DNA of 64,000 nucleotides, taken from contig OZ024743.1 of NCBI GenBank assembly GCA_964016885.1, forward strand, positions 8,680,001-8,744,000, written 5' to 3'. This DNA is from Eledone cirrhosa (Eukaryota). Below are positions 1-11,845 of this stretch, piece after piece. Position numbers and translations under genes: made by a program. A model generated the notes under the pieces. That model saw nothing but the letters and a program-made list of their open reading frames with translations, did no database searches and had not been told where the DNA came from. The first letter of the stretch is position 1; every line of letters starts with the position of its first letter.

Positions 1-239
1 ATACCTATTTTAAACTGAATACACACACCAGGGCAAAAATCAAATTTAAACAAATTTATATCAATGTTCCAAACATCAATAAAATATAAATACACAATAG
101 TACAAACAACATATACTTCAATATGAAAATGCCATCTTAAGTCCATACAAGCAGCAGAAAAATAAGAAACCTGGAAACTGGTTGAAAATTGTACATATAA
201 AAATAAAAGAGCTTGTAAAGTCACTAGAAATGCAAGACC

Positions 240-445
240 TCACAATTACTGATGATCTCTCCTGGTAATATCACACCTACAACAAAGCAAAAACTGAATT
301 CTAAAGACTAGCCTTCCTTTTTAAAATCAGACAATGCTTCAGCTCATATCAGTTGCTAACTCTTAAGTGAAACTTACAATGAAATACTGCTCTCACATCA
401 TTATCAAAATTTCCAATGATTGGTTTAGCCAGTCACTGAAGTTGT
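240..445 (+). mobile_element. Degenerate CR1/L2-group LINE fragment (RT C-terminal region)
   Basis: Broken frame reads DDLSW*YH...RLAFLFKIRQCFS...MKYCSHI, like the CR1/Crack-type LSW..H / EYCSHIW motifs; similar to 12.65-13.44 kb. Confidence 0.55.
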
Positions 446-449
446 ACTC

Positions 450-750
450 GTGATGTTTTGGCAGTCAGCAAGTGTCATTGATCTGTATCTTCTGTCATAA
501 GCAGAAGTGTCACAATATTGTGACCTGTCAATTTCTTGATATTGTCAGACCAAGATTTTATTTGCTTCCTCTTAGCTCTCTTTCAACTGTGCACTGAAAA
601 AATATTTTGGGATAAGGAGTCATGGTGAAATGCATGTCTTTTTTATTGTTGCAAGGAGTGGTTCCTACCTGTCAGCATATTGACAACTTGTTGCTTGACA
701 AAGATGTTTATCTTGTGCTCTGTGTAAAAGATTCATAACAGCCTTCTGAA
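450..750 (-). mobile_element. Degenerate RTE LINE 3' remnant
   Basis: Minus frame reads QIKSWSDNIKKLTGHNIVTLLLMTED, resembling RTE C-terminal W.DNIKEWTG motifs. Confidence 0.4.
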
Positions 751-1389
751 GTACTTCATATATATAAGAGCACTAGATAAATCCTTTTTCCATTCAAATT
801 GGGTTAGGTTTTTATGAGCAAAAAGCAAACTAACAATGTGATATATGAAGGACACTTGCACTGAACTCTAATAACTGCATGAATGTAAATTATCTTTTAG
901 TAAATGTATATGTATATTTATCCTTAATAATCTATAAATATGTTTATCATGAGAAAACATAAATAGTTAGCAATGATCAATATGTGAACAGAAAACACTA
1001 TCTGTAGATCATTGAATGTACACATTTTCAAGAAAATAGACATAACATATTTCAGTTGAGGTGTCAGAAAGAACATACAGCCTGTAAGGGATTATATCTG
1101 AAAATGGAGATGGAAACTGAAATACAAACTAAAAAAATTAATAGATTCAGAATATGCATTAACAAGCATATACAAAGTATAACTATGGACAGTATTTTAT
1201 AGACAGACATAATCATGAAAGAAACATTGATATTGTTATAAAAACTATCTGGACAAAATCCCAGAGAATTGTTTTATTTTTAATGATTTGGTCAAGAGAA
1301 AAAAAGCTGTGCCCATAACCTTCACAAGCCCTCTGAGAATGGTTAGATTAAAACACTATGTTTCTCTTGAGTACATACAAGATGGTTAC

Positions 1390-1960
1390 AAAAAAATCAT
1401 GGACAGGAAAAAAATTCCAGAGAATTAATGTTATGAGGAGGCAGGACTAGAACAAGCGATTAATGTGGGAAGGGTGCTCAAAATGGATGATGAGGAGAGA
1501 TGAGTTAGGTAGTAGTAGAAGCCGCTGAGTAAGGAAACAGCACATTTAGGTGCAAGAGATTGGAGAGTGTTGGTGATTTCATGCCAAATAATTGATTAGC
1601 CTTTTCTTTTAAATGTCATCTAATATACTTATAGGGTTAAATAGCAGCTTTGACCCAGATGTGAGAGCAGTATTCCACCGCCGGTCTCACTTGATCTTTG
1701 TATAGGATTAGGAGCTGAAGCATTTTCTGACCTCCAAAAGAAAAGCCAATCTTTGTTAATTTGAAAATTGAGATCACCAGGATAGATCATCATTAATGAT
1801 AGGGCCTGGCTTTTCTAGCAACGTTGAGGGTTTACATTGCATTTGAGAGAGTGAGTACAAGATTCATTTCTTGAGAGGTATAGTAATTGTTTTTGTGCTG
1901 TAGAAGGGAACAAGATTAACATGACCCCATTGGAGCATGTTTTCAAGCATGTTTCTCTTC
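1390..1960 (-). mobile_element. Degenerate CR1/L2-group LINE 3' part
   Basis: Minus frame reads LLILYKDQVRPAVEYCSHIW plus DDLSW. Confidence 0.65.
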
Positions 1961-2089
1961 AGAGGTTTGGGTTGAGCTTGATCTTAAGAATAGTGTGACG
2001 ATGGGAGATGTGAAAACATTTTGTACTCTTGGAGACATGTTGAATGGGGAAGAGGGTTGAATTCTGCAACAATATCTACAGTGCGATGT

Positions 2090-2497
2090 ACATAAAAGTA
2101 GTTCCAAAACTGGTGTGTATGCTGCATGTGTGAAAAAAGCAAGACATTGGTGATGAACATGGAGAAGCTGAGAAAGCTAGAAAGAATGGAAATGAAAATG
2201 GCCCAGTGGAGTATCACTAAGAGAGAGAGACAGGCAGTGAATTGCAGAGGATGATGGAATAGAGCCAATGATAAATGTTGTGAAAAAAAATGGAATGAAA
2301 TGGTTGTGTCATGTGTTGAGGAAGGTTGAAAGTGACTGGGTGAGAGGAGTATTGGAAATTGATGTGGAAGGAGGAAGATCAAGAAAAACATGACTAAAGA
2401 TGATGGAGGAGGAAATGAAAGCTATGGGGGTTGGTGAGGAGGGATACAGATGATAGAGAAAAATAAAGCTTGCCATGTGGCCTGCAAAGTTAACCCC
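2090..2497 (+). mobile_element. Degenerate RTE LINE C-terminal remnant
   Basis: GVYAACV...MEKLRKLERMEMKMAQW matches the RTE LYDACIR...LERNEACMLRW region of the young copies. Confidence 0.6.
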
Positions 2498-2801
2498 TAA
2501 TTTAGGAGCGAAGAAAGCTTTAAAGTACTTATTGCAATAGTGAATACAGCATGGAATTTAGTAAAATTAGAAACATGCATAAAATTAATGTTTATGTATT
2601 TAATCCGAGGCTGAGTCACCTGTTGAAGATTGCAGATTAAACTACTGAAATGTTGCATGATATATAAATAATAATAATAATAAAAAGTTAATGATTTGGA
2701 AATTGTTTCGTTTGGCATTAACACATCTAGAAAATAATTTGATACACAATGGGTTAAATAATCATGATATAATTGATAAAAATTTAGTCTTAATTTCTGA
2801 C

Positions 2802-2868
2802 CTAATTCCGATTCCCAACTGGTGGTGTTATCCAGGTAAAAATCTCTGGCTTCATATATTTAAGAGTT
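2802..2868 (-). CDS. Candidate terminal coding exon of an unidentified minus-strand host gene: (E)TLKYMKPEIFTWITPPVGNRN*
   Basis: Strong acceptor (ttttctgttgccttctccag); the phase-2 frame continuing the 3637-3789 exon is the only one open, ending at TAG. Confidence 0.35.
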
Positions 2869-3636
2869 CTGGAGAAGGCAACAGAAAATCACTAGTGTAT
2901 GTTCTATCATGCCCAACTATTGTTTCCAATATATTTTCTTCACAAAAAAAAAACAAACAGGACTTATGAGAATGTTAAGTACTTATGCCTATTCCCATTT
3001 CAATTCTCATAAGCATAGTTAATATGAACAGATTTTCTACAACATAAGGTGTCAAAATTTGGTAGCATTATAATTATCAATATTCGACTTTTTTTATCTT
3101 TAAATATTTTATACCAAAAACCTACACACAATCATATAAAAACAATATTAGAAAACTGTACCAGAACACAGCAATATCTTTATATTAAAGAAATTCAATA
3201 CATAGAGAAAATGTAGTAAAATAGAAACCAAAATATGTGAAGACAGCAGAGGTAATTATATTAATGAGAGTGAAAACTTTGGAAAACAAATTTAGTTAAG
3301 GAATCTGTGCAGTGAAAGACTACATTAAGCAATATCTTTACTGTGCTCAGTAATAAAAATCCACACGTGCACACAGCCAATACCAGAGGGAAAAGTAAAG
3401 CTACAGTTAAGTTTTAGAAAGTATGTTTTTCTCCATTTCAACATGACAATTTGTACAATATTGTACATGAAGGAGAGAAAGAAGATATTGCAAGTCCACC
3501 ATTGTAAAGATCAAATAGTGCAAATATTAGAGATAGATGAAAAGTAAGAATTATGTGATTTGAAATCAACTAAATAAATTGCTAGAATAAGCAGGAAGCA
3601 GGTGTGAATACCCAGGGCAAGTTATTTTAGACTTAC

Positions 3637-3789
3637 TCCTTTTCGACTTTTGTTGAAACATCTTGAAGGAAATGCTCCAGTTCTAATTCATTAAAATCAG
3701 CCAAGGATTTGTTGAAGTAAATATAAGCAGCCGACACCTGCTGATGAGGTCCACAGATTAGGCACTCATTCCAGTCAAAGACCAGAGTC
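3637..3789 (-). CDS. Internal coding exon (153 nt, phase 2-2) of an unidentified host gene: TLVFDWNECLICGPHQQVSAAYIYFNKSLADFNELELEHFLQDVSTKVEK
   Basis: Acceptor ttctgatag and donor GA|gtaagt; length divisible by 3; one fully open frame; not repeat-like; more GC-rich than its flanks. Confidence 0.7.
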
Positions 3790-4003
3790 CTATCAGAATA
3801 ATGTTTTCATTTAATTTGTATATATATATATTTTATTTCTTTTTGTAATAGAAAAAGAAGAATGAAAGGGTTCAATTAATATTTACAAAATATTCTGTCC
3901 AAATTTATTAATGCAAAGAGATACCTAAAGATGTTTCTCATCTTTGAAAACAAAAACTTATTTAATATATAAATGTATAGCTTGAAAGATTTCCACAACA
4001 TAC

Positions 4004-4048
4004 CTCAAAGAATCTGAGCTTGCAAAACTGTCTAAACTGCAATTAACT
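4004..4048 (-). CDS. Small coding exon (45 nt, phase 2-2): VNCSLDSFASSDSL(R)
   Basis: Donor GAG|gtatgt and acceptor ttttgtgttaatatag; splices in frame to the 3637-3789 exon across a 214-nt intron. Confidence 0.55.
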
Positions 4049-4476
4049 CTATATTAACACAAAACAAGCTACACATCTGATTCATTTTAAGGTTATTTAA
4101 ACCTGTGTTCATAAACTTCAAATAAAATTGGTGCAATCATTACTTGAAAAATAAATAAAATGTAAGAAACAAAATCATAAGTATAAACATGCACACTATA
4201 ATGATAGTTTTGAGGATACTTATTACAAAAGCAAGCAAAAGCATTGAACAAGATAAAAAAAACAATGGAAAGTAAAAGCTTCAACAGTTTATTACCATTT
4301 GTTAATAGAAATACTCAAGTCCTAATGTTCTGTATAAGTTTTAAATCAATCTTCATCCTCATAATGGATGCTAAATTATTCTAGTTTCTGGTGATACCCA
4401 TTTACATAGCATTTTTGCCTATAATTTTTTGAAATATATGATGTTTCAGCTTCATGGTAAATATAATCTCCTTTAA

Positions 4477-4788
4477 CCCATTTGCTACCAAACCCCTTGA
4501 CACCACCACCAGTTCTTCAATGTTAAACTGTTTCTACTTCATCTTTGTATTACTAAACTGAGGAATGAATTAGTTACCTCATAATAAAACTGTATAACAA
4601 GCTTTATATGTATCTAAAAGCCTTCCATCATAATCTTATGTAAGAGACTTTGTAAAGCTATGTTCCAAACACCAGCTTCATAATGAGAAAGTTAGTTATA
4701 TTACTAAATCACACCAAATTATTTTTTAAAGTATTTGAAAATCATAGGTAAAGTATTTTGTTAAATAAAAAATATACTAATGAAATAG
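4477..4788 (+). mobile_element. Older TTAA-type (piggyBac-like) MITE, family B
   Basis: TTAA-CCC start; internal gttccaaacaccagctt..aatga..aaagttagttatattactaaat shared with 20752-20952. Confidence 0.5.
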
Positions 4789-6490
4789 TTAAAACAACAT
4801 TTAACTTCAACAATCCACATGAATCTCTTAACAGTTATAAAACTCCAAAAATGATATAGTCAATTCTTATAACAACTATCAATAGAAAAGAAAAGGAATT
4901 TTAAATTAACGGGGACAATAACATTTTCTAGCTAATTCCATATTGATTCAAGTAGTAGAAAGTAATTTTTACTGTTAAAAATACATTTTTCACTTCATCT
5001 GAAAATCTAGAAATTAAATCAATCTTAAATTCATACTATCTTTAAAGATAAAAAGACCATGGTTTGATTGCCAAATAACAATAAAATTTCTAATTCCACT
5101 CAACAGCATGATTACAATTAGACATTAACATGTACAGAGCCTACAATGTTTAACAGGCATCTCACGATCTTACTACACAGCTGCTATCTAGCATTAACTA
5201 TCCACTGATATAGACTCTTCATATAACATACAAGAAGTATCCATTAGAAACAGAATAGTATAGAAAGATGTTAAACACAACTATATAATCATTGCCAGCA
5301 TGGAAAACTATACAGATTGGATTTATCTACTTTAGTTTTAGAGTATTCCATCTGCTGTTTTTCTCAATGTATCATCCAATATAAATGATCTATCTTAGAT
5401 AAATATTGGAAAACTTATTTCTTATGATTCATAATTGAAAACATTTGTACAAAAATTATGTTGCCTGGTACATAAAAAGGATTGTAATAATTATTTTTGG
5501 CTACATATGGTATGTGTAAAGAAACGAGTATATCAAGTTATGACATAAAATTTTACAGCTATATACAAAAACATAAAACACTTTTTTAAAGATTTTTTGG
5601 GGGAAAGCTGGTACAATGCAACAGTGAAAATAAAAACAAAAACATTTTTACCTTATATTTCATATTTGAGGATTAAGACCCCTTTTATAAGGAAATGGAA
5701 TTGAGGCAAAAGTGTAAACTTGTTTTTCTTACTTTATTTGTCAGTCTTGTATTTCTAACTTTCCCCAACAATCCTAATCACATATTTCATAATGCTTCAT
5801 ATAAAATATGCTGTTTTTTAAAAATAAAATCAAGTTATCAATGGCAACTGTTTCAATGCATATAACTGAGGGGAAAAGGAGAAAATGCATGGCCCCTCAC
5901 ATCCTAAGTTAACAGATTTTACCTTAACTAAATTACATTATTCTACTGGCATCTACTTAGCTAAAGCTACATACAATTCTCCACAGTTGAAAAGTATGAA
6001 GAAAAACCCAATTTTAAAAACATCTAGCTATGATAAAATGGGAAGATATTTGAGAAATACACTGCAGTAAAATGCATTTTCGTAGATTCTAAAAATGATG
6101 AAACTAAAATAATTTTAACTGAGAATATAAAACACTTGAACAAGAAGTGCATTATTAGTATATAATACAAACAGTTAACCATCAATTTCAGTAGAGTAGT
6201 TAATGAAACAATGAGTACAGCTTGGACATGAACATGATAGAGACTTCTGATAAATAATTATCTATTAGAGAAGTGATCTAATTAGCACCACTAATTATTA
6301 TTCAAGGATCAGAAATATTCTAAAGTAGAAAACTTCCAGTTTAAAATAAGTAATCTATATAAAACATGAAATAGCTAGGAATTACAAGAGTTAGGTGTGG
6401 CTAGTAATGAAATAAAATTTAAAAAATTAGGTCATGTAGTTAGAAATGGTATAAGAAAGGATTTACATAGAAGTGGAAAAGGTATATTAA

Positions 6491-6709
6491 CCCTTTAACA
6501 CTTACATTACTCTACATTTACTATTATATTTTCACAGTAAAGGCTTTACCTCACATAATTATCTTACATAATATCGAATCTATAAGATTTTGATATTATT
6601 CATTTTGAGAATAATACCTTAACATCAGTATGAGTGGCCGGTTACAGCCAGTTTGAGCAGAGAGATGAGGGAATTCTGGCCGGATAGGGCCAGTTTAAAT
6701 GCTAAAGGG
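6491..6709 (+). mobile_element. piggyBac-type MITE, family A (~220 bp)
   Basis: TTAA flank; TIR CCCTTTA(G/A)CA...TGCTAAAGGG; nine related copies in the window. Confidence 0.85.
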
Positions 6710-6739
6710 TAAAAGTAGGGTTTCACATATGTAATACAA

Positions 6740-7170
6740 TTAGTTACAAACAGTTCTCATTGAAAATGATTACCCAGCATCTCTCACGAAGATGCAAACA
6801 CAGCCAAAGAGAGCAATCGTCCAAAGATTGGACCACTACTACTATCTGTAGTGAAGGTCTGATATTTACAATTAGTGCACTGAAGAGGCTACTGTCTATA
6901 AACCAACCCACATACACCAATGGTATATGTACACACCCTAACTGCACCATCAACAATGTGGAAATATGTATGTATACAAAGTTACTTGCAACAAACATGG
7001 TGATTCATACATTGGAATCACTGTCCGGAAACTACACAAGTGCTTCCTCTGACAAGAAATATTTACAAAAATGCCACACCTGAGATATTGAAGTCACCAT
7101 AGAGGCTTCCAAGAGCAACATTAATTTACAGGTCAAAGAGGCCTCTCTGATCACAGCCACAACAAATTTA
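6740..7170 (+). mobile_element. Penelope-like element remnant (GIY-YIG endonuclease pseudogene)
   Basis: Frame from 6972 reads VYKVTCNKHGDSYIGITVRKLHK and later NLQVKEASLI; upstream LIENDYP; frameshifted. Confidence 0.8.
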
Positions 7171-7209
7171 TAGTAATTACAAAATAGTTATAAACTATTT
7201 TTTTTTTAA

Positions 7210-8210
7210 TCTATATATATAAAACAGAGGATGTCTGTCTGTGTGTTTGTTTCCCTAAAACTCGAGAAGTACCCAACCGTTTTTTTTTTCAAACTTTACA
7301 CATGTAACCTGTATGGCCCCGGAAGTGTTTTGAGCAAAAAAAAAATTCAAATTATTCTGACCTAGAGACCATATTAGGCGATTTAGTGATCTCTTTCTTT
7401 CTCTTTTTAGATAGATACATAGATATGACGTCGTGCCGTCATAATATCTGTCTGTATGCCTGGCTGTCTACATTACGACATTATGACGCGATCAGTGTGT
7501 GTGTATATATGTATATATATAGTGTGTGTGTGTGTGTATATATATATTCTTATGCCAGGTAGCGTCTTCACGAACCAAAGTATCGTCTTCCTGTTTTCCT
7601 TTGGTTGCAACGTTTTTCGAAATATTTACATCTGCATTCACAGATTGATTTTTTTAGTTTCAGAAGATCCCGTTAAGGTTGAAAGCAGCAATTCTTTGCT
7701 TAAACATTAATATATTATTTTAATATAGATATTCGTGTACAGATATTTTTGCATACACAAAAACAAAATATAAACAAACAAGGCTGGCGATTACATAATC
7801 ACATGCATCACTGACAGATATTTTTGCATACACAAAAACAAAATATAAACAAACAAGGCCAACGATTACATCAGTTAGTCTTAGTGTACTTCATACTGCT
7901 TTTAGGTAGAAGATTCCGTTAAGGGTGAAAGCAGTGATTCATTTTCTGCATTCACAGATTAATTTTTTTTAGTTTCAGAAGATCCCATTAAGTGTGAAAG
8001 CAGTGATTCTTTGCTTAAACTTTAATCTGTTATTTTAATATATATATATATATATATAATTATATATTCGTGTACAGATATTTTTGCATACACAATAACA
8101 AAATATAAACAAACGTATTTATTTCACGAGGCTCGATAAGGATAAATATATATATCAAATATATAAGAACCCTAGAACAAATCCTGTGCAACGCCGGGCC
8201 ATTCTGCTAG
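7210..8210 (+). mobile_element. Non-autonomous Helitron (~1.0 kb)
   Basis: Starts TCTATATATATAAAA followed by (GTCT)n/(GT)n; ends with hairpin cctgtgcaacgccggg and CTAG; inserted between A and T with no TSD; internal tandem repeats. Confidence 0.85.
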
Positions 8211-8423
8211 TATTTAATAAAAAAAACTAATTAGAAAAAAATATTCCTAAAAACCTTGTAAAAAGAACAGATTACAAATTATTTTATGTGGACTTCACTA
8301 CAAATACATCAGTGAAAATACAAAAAGATCTTTTTTTTCAATACTCATACCTACCCAAATATTTGTTCGAGAAAAGTTATATTTAATTTATCACAATGCA
8401 ATATAATCTAATTACAGTAGATA

Positions 8424-8797
8424 CGAGGGTAATCCCAAAAGTAAGGTCTCCAAAGCGATGAGGACGCAGAGAAACTGTTCATACGGCTGTTGGCAACACT
8501 GTTGTGATTGGTGCTTCCTTCACTCCCAAACAAGCATGCGCAATCTTGGCTTGGCAGCCATTGAGAATGGAGCTCCCGTTGAACGCTACCGCCAAGTGCG
8601 AATTTCGCGCAGTTATTATATAGAGGGCAATCCCAAAAGTAAGGTCTCCTACCGAAGAAAACATGCGTAAAGATCGGTGGATCACTCTGGATGCTCTCTG
8701 CATTTTGGTTCCTGAGGTTTCCCAAAGCACCATCCACAGGATTTTAACGGAAAAGTTGCAATATCGGAAGGAGACCTTACTTTTGGGATTGCTCTGA
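8424..8797 (+). mobile_element. Mariner-derived composite (two left TIRs, one right TIR, transposase fragments)
   Basis: TA-CGAGGG(T/C)AATCCCAAAAGTAAGGTCTCC at 8424 and ~8624, inverted at ~8770-8797; fragments MELPLNATAKCEFRAVI (8567) and EENMRKDRWITLDALCILVPEVSQSTIHRILTEKLQYRK (8654) match mariner N-terminal HTH regions. Confidence 0.85.
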
Positions 8798-9725
8798 TAC
8801 TTGTTTAAGCTGAGAAATATATGACAAAAAAAAAAATGGTGGTAAAATGGAGAGGAGGGGGACTTTATATTTGAGGTCAATATTTAGATGATTTTCACCA
8901 ACTTCAAATTCTGTGTAATTAAGGTGTAATATCTGAAATGATTATTTTACAATGCAAGTGTTTTTCTACGTTTACTATATTGTCATGAGTGTTATTTATG
9001 CATTTCTTTGAGAACATTCCCAACAAATTTTTATAATTTGAACTTTTTAATACATATCCACATACATGCATGCACACAAACATGCATGCCAACTGCTTTT
9101 CTCAGACTTAATTATACATTTTCTTTCAATCTTACTTCTGTCTTGTATTTTACTGCTCTCACTCTTTTCTCTCGTCTCTTCTTCCCCTTCTACTCTGAAT
9201 CCTTATACAATTTTCCCTTATTTGATCTCTTTCAACTATTGCCTATTCATTATATCCACTTGTACATAATTTTAATCTCTCCCTAGTGTTTTTAATGATC
9301 TCCATAATGGTTAAAGAAAATTTAAAAAATATCTTAAACTCAAAAAAGGGTAGGCTAATAACATCAAATTTTAGTGATTTTCAAGATAAAACCTGGCTGA
9401 CTTAAAAAATTTAACCAGTTTACATGGTTAAAAAATAAAAAAATAATTGAACTCGAGTGTACTAATGAACTAATAAGAAAAAATGTTATTTTAAATTATA
9501 CCAGTGTTGAATATTGACTTGTTTAGTTAACTGAGTAAGGAGGCATGCTGGCTTGAGACATGTGCAATTGTAAAAATGTACCTAAAGTTTTAATGACATT
9601 AAATTTTTTAGTCAAACAACTGAGCTACATTTTCAATGCGTCGTTCTTGATTTGTCTCAAGTTTGCCCTGATTGAGCAAAACCAAAATCAAAAATATTTC
9701 AGTGACAACTAGTCTTTCTTCTTAA

Positions 9726-9944
9726 CCCTTTAGCATTTAAACAAACAGTATCCAGCTACAATTCTCTCACTTCTTTCATTTCAAACCAACTGCAATTGGC
9801 CACTCATATCGACATTAAGGTATTGTTGTCAAAATAAATAATATCAATCTCATAAATTCGATATCACATGAGATAATTATGTGAGGTAAAGCCTTTACTG
9901 TGAAAATATAATAATAAATATAGAGTAATGTAAATGCTAAAGGG
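9726..9944 (-). mobile_element. piggyBac-type MITE, family A
   Basis: TTAA TSD on both sides (9722-9725, 9945-9948); TIR CCCTTTAGCATTTA. Confidence 0.9.
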
Positions 9945-10789
9945 TTAAGTATATCTAGGACTACATTATCCAAAATCATTTTTTCTTAAAAACAGTAGGT
10001 AAGGAGTTAAGGGAGATTTGGTTGCTAACTCTAGTAACCATATAGAGGCTCATTTGGCTTGGTCAGTTGTTACAGTAACAGCAGATATAATAAATAATAA
10101 GCCAACTGCAAGATATACTGAACAATTCAATAGTTTAATAAATACAGTAAATGGAATGTATGAATGGTAAAATAAAGCCTGTTACATGACATTGAATGTA
10201 CTTCCTTTACTTTTCACATTAGTTATAAACATCTTTCTCTTTTATTGAAACACTACGATTCTATTCTCTGCTGCAGTATTTGAATTTCTCAAATTAACCC
10301 TACAGAGTCAAGTGGTTTCTACTAATGTCTAGCAAAGGAAAATATCTTCAATTGGTGTAAAGATAAGAACTCCAATAATATGTATAAATTATAAAGTTAT
10401 GACATTATTTTAACTAAAATATATAAAATTATGCCTTTGTAAACATCAATTAGAGATTTAAAAAAAAAAAAAAATAATTAACCTTGCTTGTTGGAACAAA
10501 AAATTAACCTTGCTTGTTTGCTGGAACACCCCCCAGTCTTAAAGACATACAAAGACAGGATGGTTATAGCTGGAATGCCTTTAAAGGTCTGTTTGATTAG
10601 ACAATAACACAAAAATATAAATTTCAGTTGCACGAGTTATTATAATCAAAATGGTGGTTGTTCTTTCAGGAAGGTGAAGCCAATCCTAACTTCTAGAAAC
10701 TGTGTGTGCACAATTGCTTAAACTCCCACTCTTCATAACTATTATTCAATTATCAGAACTGATTATTAAATACTGTCATGATGACGGCT

Positions 10790-11120
10790 ACCAGTTTCAA
10801 CAATAAGCATTCAGTCATTCGATCAACTAAGTATCCAACTTGTGAATTAACATGCAAGTGGTTGAGTATTCCAGACATGTCTAACCGTAACATAATTCCC
10901 AGGTTAAATCCATGACACAATATGTGACAAGGGAGGAGGTACAAGTACAAACCATGCAACAGCCTGCTACAGTTTCTGTCTACTCAATTTCACCCACAAA
11001 ACTTAAGTTGACCCAAGGCTATGGTAAATTCACTCAACCCATGATGTCACACAAGGAAATTGAACCCTTGACTTCAATATTGCAAAAGAAACTTCTTAAT
11101 CACTTAGCTATGCCTGCAAC
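10790..11120 (-). mobile_element. Old tRNA-derived octopus SINE
   Basis: Reverse complement gcaggcatagctaagtgattaagaag...gggttcaatt...gtagacagaaactg; same family as 52283-52470. Confidence 0.6.
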
Positions 11121-11179
11121 CTAAAACTAAAGGTTGTAATGGTCTTGCAAAACCTTTAGTGAATAGAACAGCACATCAT

Positions 11180-11523
11180 GGAGGCACATGGCTTAGTGGT
11201 TAGAGCATTGGCCTTGCAATCGAAAGGTTGTGAGTTCAATTCTCAGACCGGGTAATGTGTTGTTTCCTTGAGCAAGACACTTTATTTCACATTGCTCCAG
11301 TTTACTCAGCTGTAGAAATGAGATGATAGGGACTGGGGTCCCTATCATTCCACTGCAAAGTGGTCGTGGAGGTGCCACGGCAAAAAAGCACCCAGCACTC
11401 ACTGTAAATGAGGTTGGTGTTAGGAAGGGCATCCAGCTGTAGAACTCAAGCCAGAATCAGTTCCCGTCCCACCCTTGCAAGCAGGGAAGAGTGGACGTAA
11501 AATGAAATGATGATGATGATGAT
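11180..11523 (+). mobile_element. tRNA/CORE-like SINE with RTE-derived 3' tail
   Basis: A box tggcttagtgg, B box gagttcaattc, CORE-like ccttgagcaagacact...ctgtagaaatg; 3' end ggttggtgttaggaagggcatccagc...(GAT)n shared with the young RTE 3' UTR. Confidence 0.85.
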
Positions 11524-11624
11524 CAATATTTCTTACATCCAATTCTACAACAATCATAAACAATACATATGCTTTACCTTCCTGGTTTATGATAACTAAA
11601 TAGTTAAGCTCAATTTAGTTAGGC

Positions 11625-11845
11625 TTTGTCGGCATTTAAACCAGCTGTATCCGGCCAGAGTTCTCTCACTTCTTTCTGTTCAAACCAGCTGTAACCGGGC
11701 GTTTATACTGATGTTAAGGTATTGTTCTCAAAATAAATAATATCAAAATCTCATAGATTTGATATTATGTGCGATCATTTTGTAAGGTAAAGCCTTTACC
11801 ATGAAAATATTACAATAAATATAGAGTAATGTAAATTCTAAAGGG
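11625..11845 (-). mobile_element. piggyBac-type MITE, family A (left end decayed)
   Basis: Body matches family A; ends AAAGGG-TTAA. Confidence 0.85.

Noticed and set aside
2620-2644. Alternative 25-nt exon (D)SLICNLQQ, and micro-exon candidates at 5-14 and ~16178-16185
   Set aside because: Splice-like signals only; not supportable without transcripts
3741-3790. CTGATGA hammerhead core
   Set aside because: No properly placed GAAA or stems; lies antisense to the coding exon
11180-11250. tRNA gene (also at 34587, 52925 and 54367)
   Set aside because: A/B boxes run into SINE bodies and no complete cloverleaf forms
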